64,000 nucleotides of DNA, from contig OZ024761.1 in NCBI GenBank assembly GCA_964016885.1, forward strand, positions 28,706,001 to 28,770,000, given 5' to 3'. The DNA is from Eledone cirrhosa. Its lineage: Eukaryota. Below the pieces are notes generated by a model that ran no database searches, was not told where the DNA came from, and saw only the letters and a program-made list of their open reading frames with translations. Made by a program: the position numbers and the translations under genes. This document shows positions 57,958 through 64,000 of this stretch, piece by piece (position 1 is the stretch's first letter; the number at the start of each line of letters is the position of its first letter).

Positions 57958-60395
57958 CCTGCTAACAAGGTAGTATTGGTGGACGTGGTGTAGTGTTGCT
58001 GGTGATGATGGTGGCGGCGGTGATTGTGATGGTGGTGTTGGTGGTTGTGATGGTGGTGTTGGTGGTTGTGGTGGTGATTGTGATGGTGGTGGTGGTGATT
58101 GTGATGGTGGTGGTGGTGATTGTGATGGTGGTGTTGGTGGTTGTGGTGGTGATTGTGATGGTGTTGGTGGTGATTGTGATGGTGATTGTGATGGTGGCGG
58201 TGGTGATTGTGATGGTGGTGGTGGTGATTGTGATGGTGGTGTTGGTGGTGATTGTGATGGTGGTGTTGGTGGTGATTGTGATGGTGGTGCTGGTGGTTGT
58301 GATGGTGGCGGTGGTGGTTGTGATGATGGTAGTGTTGATGGTGGTGTTGGTGGTTGTGATGATGGTGGTGTTGGTGGTTGTGATGATCGTGGTGTTGGTG
58401 GTTGTGATGATGGTGGTGTTGGTGGTTGTGATGATGGTGGTGTTGGTGGTTGTGATGATGGTGATGGTTGTGATGATGGTGGTGGTTGTGATGGTGGTGG
58501 TGGTGGTGGTTGTGATGATGGTGGTGGTGGTGGTTGTGATGATGGTGGTGTTGGAGGTTGTGATGATGGCGGTGTTGGTGGTGATGATGGTGGTGTTGGT
58601 GGTTGTGATGATGGTGATGGTTGTGATGATGGTGGTGGTTGTGATGGTGGTGGTGGTGGTGGTTGTGATGGTGGTGGTGGTGGTGGTTGTGATGATGGTG
58701 GTGTTGGAGGTTGTGATGATGGCGGTGTTGGTGGTGATGATGATGGTGGCGGTGGTTGTGATGATGGTGTTGATGGTGGTGTTGGTGGTGGTGATGATGA
58801 TGGTGGTGGTGGTGGTTGTGATGATGGTGGTGTTGATGGTGGTGTTGGTGGTTGTGATGATGGTAGTGTTGGTGGTTGTGATGGTAATGGTGGTGGTTGT
58901 GTTGATGGTGGCGTTGGTGGTTGTGATGATGGTGGTTGTGATGATGGTGGTATTGGTGGTTGTGGTGGTGGTGGTGGTTGTGATGGTGGTGTTGGTGGTG
59001 GTGGTTGTGATGATGGTGGTGTTGGTGGTTGTGGTGGTGGTGGTGGTGAAGGTGGTGGGGTTGATGGTGGTGTTGGTGGTTGTGATGATGGTGGTGTGGT
59101 GGTTGTGGTGTTGGTGGTGGTAGTGCTGGTGGTGGTGGTGATGGTTGTGGTGATGGTAATGGTGATAATGGTGGTGGTGGTGGTGGTGGTGCTGGTGTCA
59201 GTTTTTGTAATGATGGGGGTTGTGATGATGGAGGGTTGTATTGGTGTTGGTGGTTGTGATGATGGTGGTTGTGATGATGGTGGTTGTGATGATGGTGGTT
59301 GTGATGTTGGTGGTTGTGTTGATGATGGTTGTGATGATGGTGGTTGTGATGTTGGTGGTTGTGATGTTGGTGGTTGTGATGATGGTAGTTGTGATGATGG
59401 TAGTTGTGATGATGGTAGCTGTGTTGATGGTGGTTGTGATGATTGTAGTTGTGATGTTGGTGGTTGTGATGTTGGTGGTTGTGATGATTCTGGTTGTGTT
59501 GATGGTGGTTGTGATGATGGTGGTTGTGATGATGGTGGTTGTGATGATGGTGGTTGTGTTGATGGTAGTTGTGATGTTGGTGGTTGTGATGATGGTGGTT
59601 GTGATGATTCTGGTTGTGATGATTCTGGTTGTGATGACGGTGGTTGTGATGATGGTGGTTGTGATGATGGTGGTTGTGTTGATGGTAGTTGTGATGTTGG
59701 TGGTTGTGATGATGGTGGTTGTGATGATTCTGGTTGTGTTGATGGTGGTTGTGATGATGGTGGTTGTGATGATGGTGGTTGTGATGATGGTGGTTGTGTT
59801 GATGGTGGTTGTGTTGATGGTGGTTGTGTTGATGGTTGTTGTGATGTTGGTGGTTGTGATGATGGTGGTTGTGATGTTGGTGGTTGTGATGTTGGTGGTT
59901 GTGTTGTTGGTGGTTGTGTTGATGGTGGTTGTGTTGATGGTGGTTGTGTTGATGGTGGTTGTGTTGTTGGTGGTTGTGATGGTGGTTGTGTTGATGGTGG
60001 TTGTGTTGTTGGTGGTTGTGATGATGGTGGTTGTGATGATGGTGGTTGTGATGATGGTGGTTGTGATCTTGGTGGTTGTGATGTTGGTGGTTGTGATGTT
60101 GGTGGTTGTGTTGATGGTGGTTGTGATAATGGTGGTTGTGATGATGGTGGTTGTGATGATGGTGGTTGTGATGATGGTGGTTGTGATGTTGGTGGTTGTG
60201 ATGTTGGTGGTTGTGATGATGGTGGTTGTGATGATTGTGGTTGTGATGATGGTGGTTGTGTTGATGGCGGTTGTGATGATGGTGGTTGTGTTGATGGTGG
60301 TTGTGTTGATGGTGGTTGTGTTGATGGTGCTGGTGGTTGTGGTTTTTCCCTGACACAATTATTTCTCGTTAGTTTATGAATTAAATATAACAACA
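57958..60395 (-). CDS. Candidate Pro/Ser/Gln/Thr-rich exon (phase 1 to 0)
   Basis: Acceptor CCTGTTTTTCAG and donor AGG|GTAAGT; unique ends LLYLIHKLTRNNCVREKP and LHHVHQYYLVSR are in one frame; the interior is (QPPSS)n low complexity, so an open frame is weak evidence. Confidence 0.35.
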
Positions 60396-60496
60396 CTGAA
60401 AAACAGGTTTTCAGGGAGGAGGAGTTTCAGAACAGTTTGTTCATAGAAATGTCTCTTATTTTTCTTTGTTACACTGTAAAGGACTGGTGCCCACCC

Positions 60497-61160
60497 TACT
60501 CTGTAAAGTGGCTGGTGTTAGATACAGCATCCAGCCAGCGAAACCATGTCCAATCTGTAAAGTGGCTGGTGTTAGATACAGCATCCAGCCAGCGAAACCA
60601 TGCACCATGTCCAATCTGTAAAGTGGCTGGTGTTAGATACAGCATCCAGCCAGCGAAACCATGCACCATGTCCAATCTGTAAAATGGCTGGTGCGAGAAA
60701 CGGCATCCAGCCAGCGAAACCATGCACCATGTCCAATCTGTAAAATGGCTGGTGTGAGAAACGGCATCCAGCAAGAGAAACCATGCACCATGTCCAATCT
60801 GTAAAATGGCTGGTGTGAGAAACGGCATCCAGCAAGAGAAACCATGCACCATGTCCAATCTGTAAAATAGCTGGTGTGAGAAACGGCATCCAGCAAGAGA
60901 AACCATGCACCCAGTCTACCTTGTAAAATAGCTGGTGTTAGAAATGGCATCCAGCAAAAGAAACTATGCACCATGTCCACTCTGTAAAATGGCTAGTGTT
61001 AGAAACGGCATCCAGCCAGAGAAACAATGCACCCAGTCCACTCTGTAGAGTGGTTAGTGTTAGAAAGGACATCCAACCAGAGAAACCATGCACCCAGTCC
61101 ACTCTGTAAAATGGTTTGTGTTAGAAAGGACATCACACCAGAGAAAGCATGCACCCAGAG
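60497..61160. repeat. ~60-bp minisatellite resembling a SINE segment
   Basis: CTGTAAARTGGCTGGTGTKAGA..CGGCATCCAGC..GAAACCATGCACC units. Confidence 0.9.
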
Positions 61161-61169
61161 CACGATTCT

Positions 61170-61707
61170 CTTTACATCCAATCTCAATACTAAGTTTCAA
61201 GCTAACACCATACTGGGGCACCACCCTGTTTACATCCAATCTCAATACTAAGGCCATACTGGGGCACCACCCTGTTTACATCCAATCTCAATTCTAATGC
61301 CATACTGGGGCACCATCCTGTTTACATCCAATCTCAATACTAAGGCCATACTGGGGCACCACCCTGTTTACATCCAATCTCAATTCTAATGCCATACTGG
61401 GGCACCACCCTGTTTACATCCAATCTCAATACTAAGGCCATACTGGGGCACCATCCTGTTTACATCCAATCTCAATTCTAATGCCATACTGGGGCACCAT
61501 CTTGTTTACATCCAATCTCAATACTAAGGCCATACTGGGGCACCATCCTGTTTACATCCAATCTCAATACTAAGGCCATACTGGGGCACCATCCTGTTTA
61601 CATCCAATCTCAATACTAATGCCATACTGGGGCACCATCCTGTTTACATCCAATCTCAATACTAAGGCCATACTGGGGCACCATCCTGTTTACATCCAAT
61701 CTCAATA
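61170..61707. repeat. 42-bp minisatellite
   Basis: GCCATACTGGGGCACCAYCCTGTTTACATCCAATCTCAATWCTAA units. Confidence 0.93.
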
Positions 61708-61759
61708 GTAAGCTACAAAAGTAATTTACATCAGGAAATGTTACTCTTATTTTAATCAC

Positions 61760-61774
61760 CTCCTATTGGGCAAT
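61760..61774 (-). CDS. Candidate 15-nt microexon (YCPIG)
   Basis: Strong acceptor CCCTTTTCTTCTCAG, donor GAG|GTGATT, phase 1-1, compatible with both neighbouring candidates. Confidence 0.35.
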
Positions 61775-62024
61775 CTGAGAAGAAAAGGGATAACCCAAAA
61801 TATGGGGAGGTAGGGATAGGGGGGTGTAGATATGGTGGAGGTGAGGGTAGGGGCTAAGGGAGGAGTTTGTGGAGGGAATGTGGGTGGAGGTGTTTATGTA
61901 AAGGTGTGTGTGTGTGGAAGGTGTGTGAAATATGTGTGTGTGTGTGTATGTGTATGTGTGTGTGTGTGTGAAAAGTGTGTGTGGATGTGTGTGTAGTAGG
62001 TAGGTAGGTAGGGAAAGTAAGTAG

Positions 62025-62996
62025 GGAAGTAGATAGAGATAGTTACTTACATATGACGGAGGTGTGTGTGAGAGGTGTGTGTCTGGAGGTGTGTGTAGTG
62101 ATAGAAAGGGAAGTAGTTAGAGATAGTTACTTACATATGACGGAGGTGTGTGTGAGAGGTGTGTGTCTGGAAGTGTGTGTAGGGATAGAAAGGAGGGAAG
62201 TAGTTAGAGATAGTTACTTACATATGACGGAAGTGTGTGTGAGAGGTGTGTGTCTGGAAGTGTGTGTAGGGATAGAAAGGAGGGAAGTAGATAGAGATAG
62301 TTACTTACATATGACGGAGGTGTGTGTGAGAGGTGTGTCTGGAGGTGTGTGTAGGGATAGAAAGGGGGGAAGTAGATAGAGATAGTTACTTACATATGAC
62401 GGAGGTGTGTGTGAGAGGTGTGTGTCTGGAGGTGTGTGTAGGGATAGAAAGGGGGGAAGTAGATAGAGATAGTTACTTACATATGACGGAGGTGTGTGTG
62501 AGAGGTGTGTGTCTGGAGGTGTGTGTAGGGATAGAAAGGGGGGAAGTAGATAGAGATAGTTACTTACATATGACAGAAGTGTGTGTGAGAGGTGTGTGTA
62601 GGGATAGAAAGGGGGGAAGTAGATAGAGATAGTTACTTACATATGACAGAAGTGTGTGTGAGAGGTGTGTGTCTGGAGGTGTGTGTAGGGATAGAAAGGA
62701 GGGAAGTAGATAGAGATAGTTACTTACATATGACGGAGGTGTGTGTGAGAGGTGTGTGTCTGGAGGTGTGTGTAGGGATAGAAAGGGGGGAAGTAGATAG
62801 AGATAGTTACTTACATATGACGGAGGTGTGTGTGAGAGGTGTGTGTCTGGAGGTGTGTGTAGGGATAGAAAGGGGGGAAGTAGATAGAGATAGTTACTTA
62901 CATATGACAGAAGTGTGTGTGAGAGGTGTGTGTCTGGAGGTGTGTGTAGGGATAGAAAGGGGGGAAGTAGATAGAGATAGTTACTTACATATGACT
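62025..62996. repeat. ~87-bp minisatellite, 12 copies of the core
   Basis: AGAGATAGTTACTTACATATGAC recurs from 62035 to about 62975. Confidence 0.93.
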
Positions 62997-63022
62997 CCAA
63001 TTATCAGTTCTCTAACATATTT
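62989..63022 (-). CDS. Candidate exon KYVRELIIGVI
   Basis: Consensus donor GTAAGT, weak acceptor TTTAATGTAG, phase 0 to 1. Confidence 0.3.
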
Positions 63023-63648
63023 CTACATTAAATTTCACCAACCAATTATAGAAGCAGGCCAGCCTCTGGCAACATAACAACAACAACCAACAATCATAAA
63101 CTTCACTACACACACTACACACACACATAACAACCTTTATACACACACACTCCACACACAACACACACTACACACATAACTTTTACACACACACACTACA
63201 CACACACATAACCTTTACACACACACACTACACACACACATAACCTTTACACACACACACACTACACACACACATAACCTTTACACACACATAACCTTTA
63301 CATGCACACACTACACACACACATAATACACACGCTACACATACATAACAACCTTTACATACACACACATAACAGACACTGCACATACAAACAACCATTA
63401 CACACACACACCCTTTACACACACACTACACAGACACTACACACACAAACCATTACACACACGGTACACACACTACACACAAACACACATACACAAACCT
63501 TTACACACACTACACACACTGTACAGACACCACACAGACGCACACATGCACACACACACTGTACAGACACCACACATGCACAGACACACACTGTACAGAC
63601 ACCACACACACACACACACAATACATTACACACACACACAACCATTAC

Positions 63649-63687
63649 AGATTTCACCAAAGCAAGATTTTTTCCTGCTTCTTGTGG
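63649..63687 (-). CDS. Candidate 39-nt exon (PQEAGKNLALVKS; frame ambiguous)
   Basis: Unique island bounded by AATAG and GTAATG. Confidence 0.2.
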
Positions 63688-64000
63688 CTATTGATGATGT
63701 TGATGTAGATGATGATGATGTTGACGGATGATGATGATGATGAAGACGGTGATGATGATGATGAAGCCGGTGATGATGATGAAGATGGTGATGATGATGA
63801 TGGCAATGATGGTGATGATGATGATGATGATGGCAATGATGGTGATGATGATGATGGGGATGTTGATGTTGATGGTGATGATGATGGTGGTTCAGTGTTG
63901 TTGATGATGATGGTGATGATTTGGTGTTGCTGTTGTGTGCTATGGCAATGATGATGATGTTAGTATTGTTGATGTTAATAACGATGTTAATGATGATGAT

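Overview
Eukaryotic, repeat-saturated genomic DNA, most likely an octopus or other coleoid cephalopod (inferred from the SINE families and the extreme (TA)n/(CA)n/(CAT)n/(CAC)n content). Nearly all ORFs in the supplied track are microsatellite translation artefacts. Supported content: 5'-truncated LINE fragments (RTE-type, CR1/L2-type, one R4/Dong-like RLE element), at least three tRNA-derived SINE families, piggyBac- and Tc1/mariner-type MITEs, about ten minisatellites (including about 80 copies of a 57-bp unit), and a few speculative minus-strand exons that may encode a single-pass membrane protein. The main finding is a dense set of type I hammerhead ribozyme motifs: eight with stem I and the full core, plus several decayed ones, from at least six unrelated sequence families. 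They sit in short non-coding elements inserted in (TA)n tracts, and four of these elements are fold-back (inverted-arm) structures. This architecture matches the pseudo-LTRs of Penelope-like retroelements, but no Penelope ORF is visible. The motifs include a U3-A8 compensatory core variant and stem II lengths from 13 to about 116 nt. All folds were paired by eye and self-cleavage is untested.
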